A stretch of 62,883 bases of DNA, the filler included, from Octopus bimaculoides (lineage: Eukaryota), in the NCBI RefSeq assembly GCF_001194135.2. It is 4 parts of 4 records of this genome, joined end to end, with 100 filler letters (N's around TTAATTAATTAA, not from the genome) between each part and the next. Parts side by side here need not be neighbours in the genome. Positions count along the whole stretch, not along the records: positions 30,218 to 58,628 come from NC_068981.1; positions 58,729 to 60,213 come from NC_069004.1; positions 60,314 to 62,883 come from NW_026407321.1; 1 more part is not named here. The stretch is one strand, 5' to 3'. The notes under the pieces were generated by a model, which worked only from the letters and a program-made list of their open reading frames with translations, was not told where the DNA came from and searched no databases. The stretch's first letter is position 1, and every line of letters begins with the position of its first letter. The position numbers and the translations under genes are program-made. Below are positions 50,314-62,883 of this stretch, piece after piece.

Positions 50314-53300
50314 ATTGTCAGTTAATTAGTAACTTAAAATATTACTTGTTTAATTGCTTTAACTATCATTTATGGTATTTAATAGCATTTAACATCTTTT
50401 CTTGTGACTTTATTTTCATTTTCTGTGAGTACAACTAAATTTGACTACCATTACTATAAATATATTCAAATACTTCTTAAATTAACAAGTGTTTGCCTTT
50501 TGGACTGTAGCCTAGTAAAAGCCTTAAAACTATGTAAAATAAAGGCTTGTGAGTTCAGTCTCAGCTGAAGCACTTGTACACAGATATCAGGCAACAAGAA
50601 TAAGCAATCATATATACCTCAAACATCTTAAAATATGAGGCAATGTAGACCTGATATTGTTCTATCTAAGTTGCATACATATGCACCTGCATGTTCATTT
50701 TGTAATTAGTGCACAAAAGGTTAGTGCCTAAAATAATATGATAATTAATAATTATACATTAATTGCAGACAATTTTGTCATTAGGGAAATTATTCTCAGA
50801 TTTTAGTAAACATTGACTGCTAAAAACATAGGATCTTGATGTATATCACGCATGGGTGACCCTTTTTCGAGAAATGCACCACATGAGACATGGCTCATCG
50901 TCAGGCTGGCCACACTACTATAAAAAACTTCAAAGTACTCTGTCATTAGGCATGTCATTCAAAAAGTTTTGCTGCTGGCTGATATATATAGAAAGACGGG
51001 ATGGTCATGGCTAGATTGACCTGGAGTAAATATGATGCCTGTTGTTAAATAAGTATAGATCGTATTGTCTAAAGTTTAGTGTTTCACTAAACAAAGTATG
51101 AGGCTAAAAGTCTAAAACTGTTCCATCAGTTCTTTCCTTCAGATTTCAACATTGAAGGCTGAATGTACTTTCCTTTTAAAATTAACAATTCCCAACAATG
51201 CCATATCTCTATCTCTGTTGAGCAATATTGTTTCACAATGTCTTGCAATTATTCAATATTAAAAAAATTTTTAAAGAATGGAGCTATTATGTTAGGTGCC
51301 GTCATCATGTATTTTTAACATAAATAAGTATAGTTACTAATATTTCGGTAGAATTCTTTATGAATAATATTGAAGACATCAATTAGAACAAAATCAGTTG
51401 TGCAGCATTTATTTATCTGTCTATCTATTTATGGCTGTTGACAATCTGAATACTAGATTTTTTATGTGTTATGATTTCTGTTTAAGTGATATTATTTCTT
51501 ACTTCTATTCTATTTGAGAATATCTCAGCTGGGGTTTGACTTCATTAATTTCTGTTTATATATGATAAAAGGTTAATGATCACAAATGTTATAGAAGTAT
51601 GTTATCTTAAGGTCACTATTTGCAACTTGATATAGAGCTGCTTAGTTTAATAACTGTAGTAGAGATATTAATTTTGATACGGTTCAATAGAGTAGAAATG
51701 AAATTACGTAAACGTTGATAAAATTACCTATTTGGAAAATGGTAGTGATTATCTGTTTAAAAAAAAAATATTAGTTGGTGTGTGTTGGTGAGTACTCTTA
51801 ATTGTTATCTTTAAGTAACAACTGTGAGGTCGTTTATACTAAGGTGAAAGAGTAACACAGATACTGAATAGGAGTCTTGTAAATGACCCATGTGAATGAA
51901 TCACTAAATTAGTTTGCATCAAATAGTGAAGCTGATCCAGTGAGGTTGTACAAGCTGAAAGTTGCAACAAGAACAGAGTCCAGTTGATTATGATGTCAGT
52001 CAAATAGTAGCAGAATGGAATAGTCTGTGAAAAAACAAATGTACTTTACTACTCAAACTGATATAAGCAATTGTCATAATGATTTTGAAAACTTTATTTA
52101 CTTTGTTCAAAAGTTGTTATATCAAGTAATTCTGTGCAAGGCAACACAGCATGACAGCTGTTATGGGTTTCATGGGAAATTTATTAATCCTTCCCAGGTG
52201 TTAACTGTTTCTCTTGACAATTTTTATGAAGTCAGATATTTAATCTGCCACATCTTGATGTGTTGATTTTATTACTTTCAATATTTGCCTGCCAATGTCT
52301 TTTGTGCATTTCATAAACCATGTGTACTTATATACTTAGGTACAAGAAACTTACATACCCTGCATACTTGGTCAGGTTTTTTTTTCACTGAAATTGCTCA
52401 ACAAATGTTCATATCAATTATGAATTGCTTGGGGCTATGATATATGTCGACACAATGAAAGAATAAATGGATAACCTTAACTTCTAGTATAATTTCCAGT
52501 ATAATGGATATGTGTGAGATCTTACGTTGTAACAAATCCCTCTCCCATTGTACACATACCCCTCATCCTTTGCACATGTCTTTATAAAGTGCTTAAGAAG
52601 TACAAAATATTACTTAAATTCTGTCAGCCTGTTAAACTCTTGGGAAATTCTAAACACACATGGACATCCATCTTTGCAGATATGAGCATCTACACATGTA
52701 TGGTACTTTCTATAATGTTTCCACTTGGTTACTGGGTTGAAGTAACTTTAGCACCATATATATTTATAGTTAGAAAGTAAGTTCATATAAAACTGTTTAA
52801 CCATATCACATCCTTTTAATATATACTCTTACTCTAGATTCTCAAAATTATTTGATACCCCTGATGGTAGATTTATTTCATGCCCTTGGTAGAAGCTCTG
52901 TTTCATAACCTTAAACATATCAGATAAATCTTCCTGGTATAGAATACCTGTAAAAATATGAGAGTGTCACAGCTGTTTGAGCCAGTTAGGAGTTAAGTGA
53001 GATGGTTGTTTATAACATATACTATAATGTGATATATACCATATACCATAACTTGAGATATAACATATACCGTAACAATTTCATCTCAATTTATGATATT
53101 GTTTCCAGGTTTAAAAACAAAAACAGAAAAGCAATTTTATAGTTAGTATGTGTTTTAGATTGTATTCTCTCTTTTAAAATACTGTTAATGTTCCTCTAAG
53201 TATTCCTTTGCTTTCGTTCAGATCTTTAATCTTTTCTTCTGTGAGAACTAATATTTTTAACTCTTGCCTAACTATTTCTTCTTAGTTCATTTTATGTTTG

Positions 53301-53532
53301 ATGTACCTTTTGTCCAGTATCTTCCGTTATCATTTTTGATTACAGTTTCACCTGCATGCATCACCTATTAACATTCTATTCACCTGACATTCCTGGTTTA
53401 AAATGGTATCATAAATAATACTATTTTATATTATACCTTGTTCTTTTTTGAAGATAAATGCCATTGCTGTAAAAGAATCTCTTTTGATGAAGCACATCTT
53501 AAAAATCTGTCTAAATCTCTGTTTTGTTTCAG

Positions 53533-53604
53533 TCTAACTTAGGAAACATGGAAACGAAGAAGGAGCAACTGAAAATGATTGGAGGTAACATAGCCTTAAC
53601 TCAG
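53533..53604 (+). CDS. SLC41A1: SLC41 coding exon 3 (72 nt)
   Basis: tttcag|SNLGNMETKKEQLKMIGGNIALTQ|gtaagt; phases 0/0. Confidence 0.95.
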
Positions 53605-53636
53605 GTAAGTTACAAAGATTTGTTAGTTTGTTTTCT

Positions 53637-53753
53637 TTTATTTGTTTCAGTCATTTGACTGCAGTCATACTGGGGCACCACCTGCTGAACCATTAAGTTA
53701 CGGGGACATAAACACACCCACACTGGTTGTCAAGCAATGGTGGGTGGACAAAT

Positions 53754-53796
<43 letters not shown>

Positions 53797-53958
53797 CGAT
53801 GGGCTTCTTTCAGTTTCCATCTAACAAATTAACTCACCAGGCTTTGCTTGGCTTGAGGCCATGGTAGAAGACACTTGCCCAAGGTGCCATGCAGTGAGAC
53901 TGAACCCGGAACCATGTGGTTGGGAAGCAAGGTTCTTATCACACAGCCATGCCTGCAC
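53637..53958 (-). mobile_element. SINE family B with internal (CA)(TA) microsatellite
   Basis: Reverse complement of the 14352-14743 family, with a deletion in the 3' part. Confidence 0.8.
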
Positions 53959-55101
53959 CTATTTTTTTTTTTTTTATGTAATAGATCTGAATGATTCATT
54001 GGTATGTCTCCATTTGTCTTCACTTGTGTGCTCAACTGTTAGCAGGTCCTCTTTGATTTCCGAAATTACCTTACATTCTATATCATTTTACATTCAGTTA
54101 TCCTTCAAAAGAAAATAAATCATTCGACAGTGGCAGAATTTTCAGTTTCTTTGCAGCATTTTATTCTCACATGTGGCTACCAATAACTTTGCAAAGTGGG
54201 TAGGATCAAAGTTTCAGCGATTGCATAATTCTCAAGACAATTTTATAAGTAGTACATATGCTAGCACCATTTTGCTGATACACCTGCCCACTCTGATCAA
54301 ATTGCATATGTTCTACCCGAAATATGATTGTTCTGTATATGCCAGATCAGAATGATTAGCTTTGAAATGTTGTTTTAGGAAGCTTGGTTTCTTTGAATGG
54401 TTTGATAGAACTTTGACACACAGCTTTGCCTTCCAAGTCTTTTCATTCCTTTTTTACACTATTGAAACTAAATTCAGTGGGGTGTATATTTTAACTGTTA
54501 TTTGACTGATTATACAAGCAGATACTCTAAATTCATCTTGGAGTATTGGAACAGTATTATGCATTACTGAACGCATCAAAAATATTTTGTTTAATGATTT
54601 CAGCAGAATTTTTTAACCAGTGTACAGAAATTTTATGAAAATATAAGGTTTCATGATGTTCAGAGCTTGCTGGCTTCTAAAACAAAAAAAAAAAAAAAAG
54701 CAATTTGGTAGAGGAAGCAGTCAACATGGTGAATAGTTATAATTGAATCAAATCCTTTTTAATGTACAGTGATGACACATGACACTTGTATATCAGGTTT
54801 TCAAAGACACATGAGCTGGCATTTGACTGGTCGTGATTACTTTGAAATTTCTGTGTTTTTATAAACCACATACATTCGCAATTTCTCTTCTATGTTAGGG
54901 ATATGAGTAACTTAGTTTGAGAATACCTGCTCTATAGAGTAAAATGGCAAGTTATATGAAAGCTAATTAGTTACTTACTAAGACTAATTAACATATCTAG
55001 AAATGAGAAAGACCATGCAGTGATATTGCCTAATTGCTGTCTCTGATAATGTTATTTTTTCATTAGACTACAATTGATAATCTTTATATTTCATTTTCTA
55101 G

Positions 55102-55246
55102 GCCCAAGCCATTGTTGTTGGGTTTCTTGCCTCCTTGGTTGCTATGATTATGGGATGGATACCTGAAGGTAAATTTAACCCCTACCATGCACTACTGCTG
55201 TGTGCTAGCAGCATGCTAACTGCATCTATAGCTAGTTTTATTTTAG
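55102..55246 (+). CDS. SLC41A1: SLC41 coding exon 4 (145 nt)
   Basis: ttttctag|[49 protein letters not shown]|gtaagg; phases 0/1. Confidence 0.97.
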
Positions 55247-56162
55247 GTAAGGTGATTTTTTTTATCACTCTTTTTAATTTCTCTTTTACTTGTCTCAATT
55301 TTTAAGATAATTTTTCTTGTTTCTTTTTTTTTTAAAGTTTTCTTTAACACATGTATTTATATACATGCACATGTTTCTTGTATTTGTTTGTGCTGTAAAT
55401 AGTTTAAAATCTCTTCCCCCTCTTTTTCTGCTCATATTCAATAGAAGGGCATAAAGTTTCTATATTTGAAACTGAGAAAGACTATGATACTGTTTCAATT
55501 TGAAATATATACACATATACACTGGCACACACAAACACCTTATATATAAACACATACACATGCTCCAATGAGCACTTGATCAATGCTACTTATCTTGTTG
55601 AGTCATCAAAGACCATGGACAATTTAGTATTGAAATTACTGAAAGACACCAACAAGATATAAAGATTATCATACGTGATATGTCAGCAAGCAACATTTAT
55701 TTAAAAACATTCACACATATAATGTATGATTGTGTTAATGTCCTCTTTTTCATTTTCAGATGGGTCAGACAATATTGTCATGCAGCAGATTGCCTTATTT
55801 TAATCATGTCTCTCCCAACCTACTTACACAAACCACCTATCTACCTACCTGTAACTCGCTCTTCTATCTCACAGCCTACTGTCACTCATCAATCTTTCAT
55901 CCATTGTCCATGCCTCCTTCTATGCCCCTACTGTTCATCTTTCAGTCACTTCCTCCTCTTCTCAATTTCACTGTATTGTACTCTAGATCTCATCTGACCA
56001 CCATATATATTTCTTCTAGTGTAACTAAGGATGCTACCGTAACTCTCAGCTCATCTCAGCTATTCATTGGGGGATGGACAAACAGGGAGGGGTGTAAAAA
56101 AAACATTGCCAATTACATTAATAAATTATTTGAGTGTCACTGCATTTGTATAATACAATCTA

Positions 56163-57256
56163 CAGGGTTTGGACAAAATAATGGAAACACCTTAAAATTT
56201 CTAACAAATTTATTTTAATATGGAGTACTACCACCTTTGGGTGTAATTATAGCTTAAATTCTATGAGGTATAGAGTTGTACAAAGTTTGAATTGTTTCCA
56301 AAGGAATTTTTGTCCATTCTTCAGCTAAAACAGTCTCCAGTTTTTGTAGTGATGATGTTACTTGTTTTTCTAAAATGCTCCATAAATGTTCAATAATATT
56401 GCGGTCTGGGGACTGTGGTAGCCAGATAAGATGTTCAACTTCACTAAAATATTCCTCGTGCCATTCAGTAACAACTTTAGCTGTGTAAATTGGTGCATTA
56501 TCATCCTGAAAGATTGCGTTTCCCTCCGGAAACAGTTCCACAAGCATAGGATGAATTTGACCAGATAAAATGCTTAAATAGTCTTGACTATTAATTCTGC
56601 TATGAAGGGAAACCATTGGGCTGGCAGATTTCCAAGATATAGGCCCCCAGATTATCACAGATCCTCCATGTTTAACACTTGGAAGAAGGCAGTCTGGGTC
56701 AAATGCTTCTTTTGGCTGTGTCCACACATATACTCGGCCAGTAGTCGGAAATAAGGTAAAGGATGACTCATCCGAGAGAATAACATTCTTCCATTGCCCT
56801 AGGGACCAATTCTGTAGGTTTTTACTCCACTCTAAATGCTTTGCAATGTTTGTTTTAGAAAGTAGTGGTTTTCTGATTGCAGCCCTCCCATGAAATCTGG
56901 CTTTGTGCAGCTCCCGACAAAGTTTTTGTGGAAACTGGGTTCTTGGGGTGGTCATTAAACTCTGCAGTAATTTTGGGAGCTGTACTTTTGTGATCCTTTC
57001 TAACAATTTGCGTAAGAATCTGACAGTCCCTATCAGAAAGCTTTGGTTTTCTTCCGGAGTTTTGTTTTGACGAGGAGCTTTTTCCCTCTTTCTCAAAGGC
57101 TGTCATTACTTTCAAGGCAGTACTTCTTGATATACCAAACATTTCAGCTGTTTTCGTTATGCTAGGACCTGCCATACAAGCACCAACAATTTGATAGATA
57201 TTTCAAAATTATGATGCTATGATGCTAGGTGTTTCCATTATTTTGTCCAACCCATG
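56163..57256 (-). mobile_element. Tc1-like transposon with DD36E spacing
   Basis: TIR cagggtt(t)ggacaaaataatggaaacacc at both ends with TA flanks; 1094 bp. Confidence 0.9.
56254..57175 (-). pseudogene. Frameshifted DD36E transposase
   Basis: ORF 56855-57175 gives the N-terminal HTH (SGRKPKLSDRD); ORF 56254-57096 gives the catalytic part (ILSDESSF, FQDDNAPIY, QSPDRNIIEHLW). Confidence 0.85.
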
Positions 57257-57847
57257 TATTTGTTGATAGCATTATACAAGCTTCACCAAGTCCTATGACA
57301 ATAATACTCTTACTTGAACAGTGAACTAGCAATTTCATAAAATTCATGGAGTTTACCATCTCAATTTGCCAAAATATTTCAGTGTATTTCCAAAATATTA
57401 GTATTGGAATCAGAATATTAAAATTAACGAGTGAGCCTCCTACAGCTTTAGCCATTCAAATAACAACAACCAAATCAACCATCTGCTGCTTTTCACATAA
57501 ATGTTTGGAATAAATTCTGGGTTTTTTTTTTCCCAACTTTTACCTTGTTCTGTAATATAAATAGCTCACTTCTCAATTATTTCAGTATTTAATTTTCATT
57601 TGAAAGGCTTCTAGAGCAGTTGTATAGTTTAATTAAAACATAGAATGGGAAGCAAACCTAAAAGTATTCTACTGTCTCTTAATTCATCCTGACTTGAAAA
57701 TAGTAGTTCAATGCTGACAATTGATTCAACTGTTTATATCTTTTTCCTATTTCTAAACAGTATCCTCTCCATAGAAATTCTTTTAAATTTATTTGTATGT
57801 AATAATCTGCTTACCAACCATATATATATGTTATTTTTTTCATGCAG

Positions 57848-57994
57848 GGTCTGTAATGGCTGCTTTGATAATCTTATCCAAAAAATGTCACATAAATCCT
57901 GACAATGTTGCCACTCCAATAGCAGCCAGTCTAGGGGATCTTACAACACTGTCTTTATTGTCTACTATTAGTCATCTTCTTTATCATTCAATTG
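57848..57994 (+). CDS. SLC41A1: SLC41 coding exon 5 (147 nt)
   Basis: catgcag|GSVMAALIILSKKCHINPDNVATPIAASLGDLTTLSLLSTISHLLYHSI-G|gtatgt; hallmark INPDNVATPIAASLGD; phases 1/1. Confidence 0.97.
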
Positions 57995-58628
57995 GTATGT
58001 CAAGATTTCTTTCTTTCTTCGTTTTGTTGTTGTTGAGGTTGCTGCTGCAGAAGTGGAGCACCAATTAAATAAAAATCTTGCATTATTAAGTTTCATTCCA
58101 TGGCATTCTGTACCCAACTTTGCTTTTCATTCCCTTCAGGGTTGCCAAAAAAAAATTACCAATTATACAGAAATACTAGTCATGACTCAATTAATTATAC
58201 TCATTCTCTAAAGTTAAAAAATAATATTAATGATTCCATTATAGTGGCAAGGACCATATAGCAGCAGGTTAAGTTTTCTCTCTTTCAATTCCCAATTGAA
58301 GCTATTTCACTTGACTCATATTATCAGGTCATCCTATAAGTTCTGTCCGAATTTTGAATAAAGAAAACAAGTAATCAAATGTTATATTTAATTGAAATTT
58401 AACCATCAATGTACTTTCCCTGATTATCTATGACTTCCTTCCATTTATTTACAAGCTTTTTAATCCCATCAATTTAAAACTCTTTTGGTTTCAAAGCAAA
58501 GAACTCTGAAATGTCAGTTTTGACCTCCTCTTGGCTTGCGAAAGTTATGTCCCCCAAATGATTCTGTAAACTATGAAACAAATGGTAGTCTGAAGGAGCA
58601 AGGTCAGGAGAATAACGTGGATGAGGAA

Positions 58629-58728
58629 NNNNNNNNNNNNNNNNNNNNNNNNNNNNNNNNNNNNNNNNNNNNTTAATTAATTAANNNNNNNNNNNNNNNN
58701 NNNNNNNNNNNNNNNNNNNNNNNNNNNN
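58629..58728. other. Artificial scaffold-join linker
   Basis: N44-ttaattaattaa-N44. Confidence 0.95.
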
Positions 58729-60172
58729 GTTAATTTTTTTTTACTTCAATTCTATTTTATTTATCTATCTAGTCTGTCTGTCTGTCTCGACGGTCTTTCA
58801 GTTTCCGTCTATCATGTCCACTCACAAGCTTGGGTCAGCCTGAGGCTCTGGTAAAAAAAAAAACAATACTTGTTCAAGGTGTCATGAAACCACAAGAGTT
58901 ATGGAACAAGTTTCCCAACCACGCCTGGATCTCATCTGTATCTGACAAAAATTAAAAGAGAGAGAGAGATAGATAGAGAGAGAGAGAGAGAGAGAGCAAA
59001 GAAAAGAGACGAGTTAAATATGGCTGGAAAGAATGTCTTTGATTATAGTATTGTTGCCCAGGGTTAAAAAACAAGAACGTCAGGAACAATGGTGGCAGGC
59101 ATTTGTTCATATATCTCCGGTACACGTCGATGGTGATCAGTATTTCTTCTGTCCTTACTACTACTACTACTACAGTCGTAATAACCTATTTTCCTCTGAT
59201 CAAAAGAAAAAATCTAACGCTATGGCTTTATTGTACCATTGTGAAAACTAACTGGTAAGACTAGCTTGTTGTTGTTGGTGATGATGATGATAGTGGTAGT
59301 GGTGGTGGTTAACAATGATGGTACAGACACACGATCAAAAGCGTTCCGTGTGTGGCCTCCCCGTCCTTTATTCTTACATTTATCTAAGACAGTATTAATC
59401 AACTGTGTCGCATAACCGCGTCTGGTGAACAGTGTGTTTGTATAGTGGATGCTGGAGGACTATGTGGCGGCTGTTTTTAAGGTGTGCGAGTATATCGATC
59501 TCCTTTGTCGAACTGTAGTGGTTGTGGGAAAAACACACACACACAGACACACATATATATAGTGAATCCAAACAAAGACCAACAAACATGAAAAAACAAC
59601 AACATGAGGACATGGTACAAGTAATGTACTATCGGACGCTCATATATAGAAAATCCGATAAGTCTTGAATACCTAAACATCGAGATTACTACCCAGTATA
59701 TTGATCCAACTAAAGGTGGTGCTTACTATTTAGATATACACCAACCGGGTGCATACCATTTAAGTACCTGATTCTCTCCAGAATCCGTTATATTAATATA
59801 TATATAAATTAAAGAGTACTTCGTCGGATACGACGGCGTGGATCCCTTGGAAGATTGTGCGTATGATGGCTGTACGGTGGATTGCCTTTGTCAGATAAGG
59901 AAAGGACGACCCGGTAGATAATGTGATCCTGATCTTGGAAAAGTCCATAAAAGACGGGATGGTCACGACTGGACCGTTTTCGATCAATGGTTTGGTCTGT
60001 TTTGTCCTGTTTGATCAAGGTTGACTTGGGATTAAACAACGATAGCTACCAGCACTGTTACCACTTCACCCTCCCTTACCACCACCACCGTTGTACCAGC
60101 CCCACTATTGTCACCATGATTACCACCCCAGAAACTACTGCCATTACTGGAAACTATACGCACACAAATACA

Positions 60173-60213
<41 letters not shown>

Positions 60214-60313
60214 NNNNNNNNNNNNNNNNNNNNNNNNNNNNNNNNNNNNNNNNNNNNTTAATTAATTAANNNNNNNNNNNNNNNNNNNNNNNNNNNNNNN
60301 NNNNNNNNNNNNN
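60214..60313. other. Artificial scaffold-join linker
   Basis: N44-ttaattaattaa-N44. Confidence 0.95.
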
Positions 60314-60344
<31 letters not shown>

Positions 60345-60985
60345 TTAAAGGCATAAACGCACATAAAAAATTATGCGAGGAAAACATGATATAATTTAAC
60401 GCAGGTATGGTGGGGTCTTTTTTTTTAGTTTGGAATGAATTAACTTAATAAAATAATTTAAGCAGAATGCATTACTTAAAATGTAGTGGTAGAATTAGTT
60501 TGATACAATCGTATTGTATCAGTTTAAATTTAATGGATCGTAGGTTCTCGTGTGAGAGCATATAATCTTACCTCTCAATAAATTAATACATGGACAGTAT
60601 AATACAAATATGTAGACCTAAATTCGTACTGTATTTTATAGAATATACATTATACTTTTGTGAATATTCACCTTTATTTATAATCAAGTATAAAATTGAA
60701 TTCAAGAAGTCACGCTAAAACACAAAAATACTGCCCATATCTAACCTAGTGAAAAACAAATCCAGTGTTGCGATTGATTACTTTTATTTTATATCTACCG
60801 TAAACTTCATTGTTGAATTATCCCAAATCGTTTATAATTAATGACATTACTCGCACGAGTTGCTTATGACAAAGTGATGGTCCTTTTATTCTAGACATGT
60901 TGGGGTTACATGCGATTATATATAAATATACGTATGTGTGTATGTACGTATGTATATGTTTATTACACACATACACACACACACA

Positions 60986-61025
<40 letters not shown>

Positions 61026-62559
61026 NNNNNNNNNNNNNNNNNNNNNNNNNNNNNNNNNNNNNNNNNNNNNNNNNNNNNNNNNNNNNNNNNNNNNNNNNNN
61101 NNNNNNNNNNNNNNNNNNNNNNNNNNNNNNNNNNNNNNNNNNNNNNNNNNNNNNNNNNNNNNNNNNNNNNNNNNNNNNNNNNNNNNNNNNNNNNNNNNNN
61201 NNNNNNNNNNNNNNNNNNNNNNNNNNNNNNNNNNNNNNNNNNNNNNNNNNNNNNNNNNNNNNNNNNNNNNNNNNNNNNNNNNNNNNNNNNNNNNNNNNNN
61301 NNNNNNNNNNNNNNNNNNNNNNNNNNNNNNNNNNNNNNNNNNNNNNNNNNNNNNNNNNNNNNNNNNNNNNNNNNNNNNNNNNNNNNNNNNNNNNNNNNNN
61401 NNNNNNNNNNNNNNNNNNNNNNNNNNNNNNNNNNNNNNNNNNNNNNNNNNNNNNNNNNNNNNNNNNNNNNNNNNNNNNNNNNNNNNNNNNNNNNNNNNNN
61501 NNNNNNNNNNNNNNNNNNNNNNNNNNNNNNNNNNNNNNNNNNNNNNNNNNNNNNNNNNNATATATATATATATATATATAATGTCCATATATATATATAC
61601 ATGTACGTATACAACCACATACACTCTGTGCCTTTTTGTAAATGTGCATTTTGTAGGGAGTAAGAGTTATATCGTTAGAATTCTAGAAGAACTTATGTAA
61701 CGATATTATCATTATCGTAGTTATGCACATTTTGCGCATCCCTTTTATTTAAAAACTTCATACGCTGTAACTACATTAAAACGTTTACAATTTAATAATT
61801 GAAAAAATAAAATAAAAATAATACCTAATAATGAAATTATACCTATCGCTGAAAGAGGAAAAAATCGAATTATGTCGTTTTTTATAGATTATTCCTCCTT
61901 TTCATTTTCCGCATATGGTTCGTATTTTCCAGAGGTAGCCTTCCAGCAAAATGAGGGGATATAATACCAGTAAGACAGAAAGGATTACTGGCATGTTTGT
62001 AGTTAATTTGATTTAATAGGTGTTGGAAAACAAATTACTGTTTCGGCTTGCTAATAGTACGTACGCAGATGTACGATTACAAACACTCTGCAAGCGCGCA
62101 CTTAATCACTCTGTCACACACTCTCTCTCTTTCTCTCTCTTCCTCCTGCTCTTTCTCTCTTTCTCCTTCGCTCTCTTGCACCCATACGCCCAATGTAATG
62201 CTTTTGTACTGGTTTACGCAAGTCAGGCATTAAGCAACAATTATATGACGGATCGCGTTTGGGGCGCAATCAGGCAATAATCTTCGTTTTTATTCTGTAT
62301 ATCAGCTTAGCAATTTTCGATAATTCTTTGTCGTATCTATATAATATGTCTAATCGTACGCGCACACATAAAGACACTGACACACACACATAGCCTCTCA
62401 CACACATAGATATGCATACATATATATTTATCTGTATGTGCAGTTGCTTGTATGTAAGTATGTATATATGGATTTACACATAGAAACGAAGATGTACAGA
62501 GTTGCATTCTTATGTTTAATCCCGTTCAGAATTCCGGAAGCAGAAGCATTGCTTTTCCA

Positions 62560-62745
62560 TATACCAGTGTTTTCGAATGCATCCTTTGTCGAACGAACAC
62601 TAAACTCTGCATTCCCAAAGTATTTTGCACAACATAGAAAACAAATTCGTTACTTTCCAGAGCGTACTTCTTGATATACCAAACATTTCGGCTGTTTTCG
62701 TTACGTTAACGGCTGCCATACGAGCAACAACAATTTGAACTTTTG
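62560..62745 (-). mobile_element. Fragment related to the DD36E element
   Basis: 62665-62738 aligns without gaps to 57121-57194. Confidence 0.7.
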
Positions 62746-62883
62746 TAAGTCCGATATAACTGTCATTTTAATGAATTTTTATTACATTTTCTGATGATAT
62801 CTGAAAAGAAACGGCAATTTTAGGAAAACATATAAAGCAACACTAATACTCAATAAAAATATATAAAAAATACAGAAGGTTTT

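Noticed and set aside
55760-55850. Cryptic SLC41 exon after a strong acceptor (cattttcag)
   Set aside because: Stop after 14 codons in the required phase, weak donor, no homology.
59395-59613. CpG-rich short ORFs on either strand as exons
   Set aside because: No recognisable protein, no consistent splice pair and no similarity to the missing SLC41 exons.
59793-60039. GC-richer ORFs as a coding exon
   Set aside because: Much of the region is a family D repeat copy (gacgggatggtcacgactgg...taaacaac) that has kept its CpGs.
17151-61700. Long ORFs in the track that contain runs of X
   Set aside because: They are open only because N gaps have no stops; the flanks are microsatellite (YIYI, HTHT, VCVC) or transposon remnants.
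1-62883. CRISPR arrays, rRNA, true tRNA genes or prokaryotic defence systems
   Set aside because: No repeat-spacer arrays or such genes seen; tRNA-like A/B boxes belong to SINE heads, and the DNA is clearly eukaryotic.

Overview
AT-rich, microsatellite- and transposon-dense animal DNA. The repeat families are most consistent with a cephalopod (octopod) assembly; this is inference. The one well-supported host gene is an SLC41-family (MgtE-like) Mg2+ transporter on the + strand, with five coding exons from 36205 to 57994 that splice in frame (phases 0,0,0,1,1). Its C-terminal half is not in the window. A CpG-rich zone near 31.0-31.7 kb looks like its promoter and may be shared with a divergent spliced transcript. 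Bases 0.8-17 kb are a head-to-tail stack of decayed R4/Dong-like non-LTR retrotransposons separated by (AAT)n tracts. This stack is interrupted by a Ty3/Gypsy LTR element, SINEs and a palindromic Penelope-like insert. The rest holds mariner, maT (DD37D-like) and DD36E Tc1-type transposons, hAT and Tc1 MITEs, RTE and HERO-like remnants, and several SINE families. Three artificial N44-TTAATTAATTAA-N44 linkers show the window is stitched from four scaffolds. The best leads are a DD36E transposon, a degenerate minimal hammerhead ribozyme, antiparallel co-targeting of (AAT)n by two retroelement classes, and CpG-decay evidence for methylation domains. I found no convincing wholly new multi-gene system.
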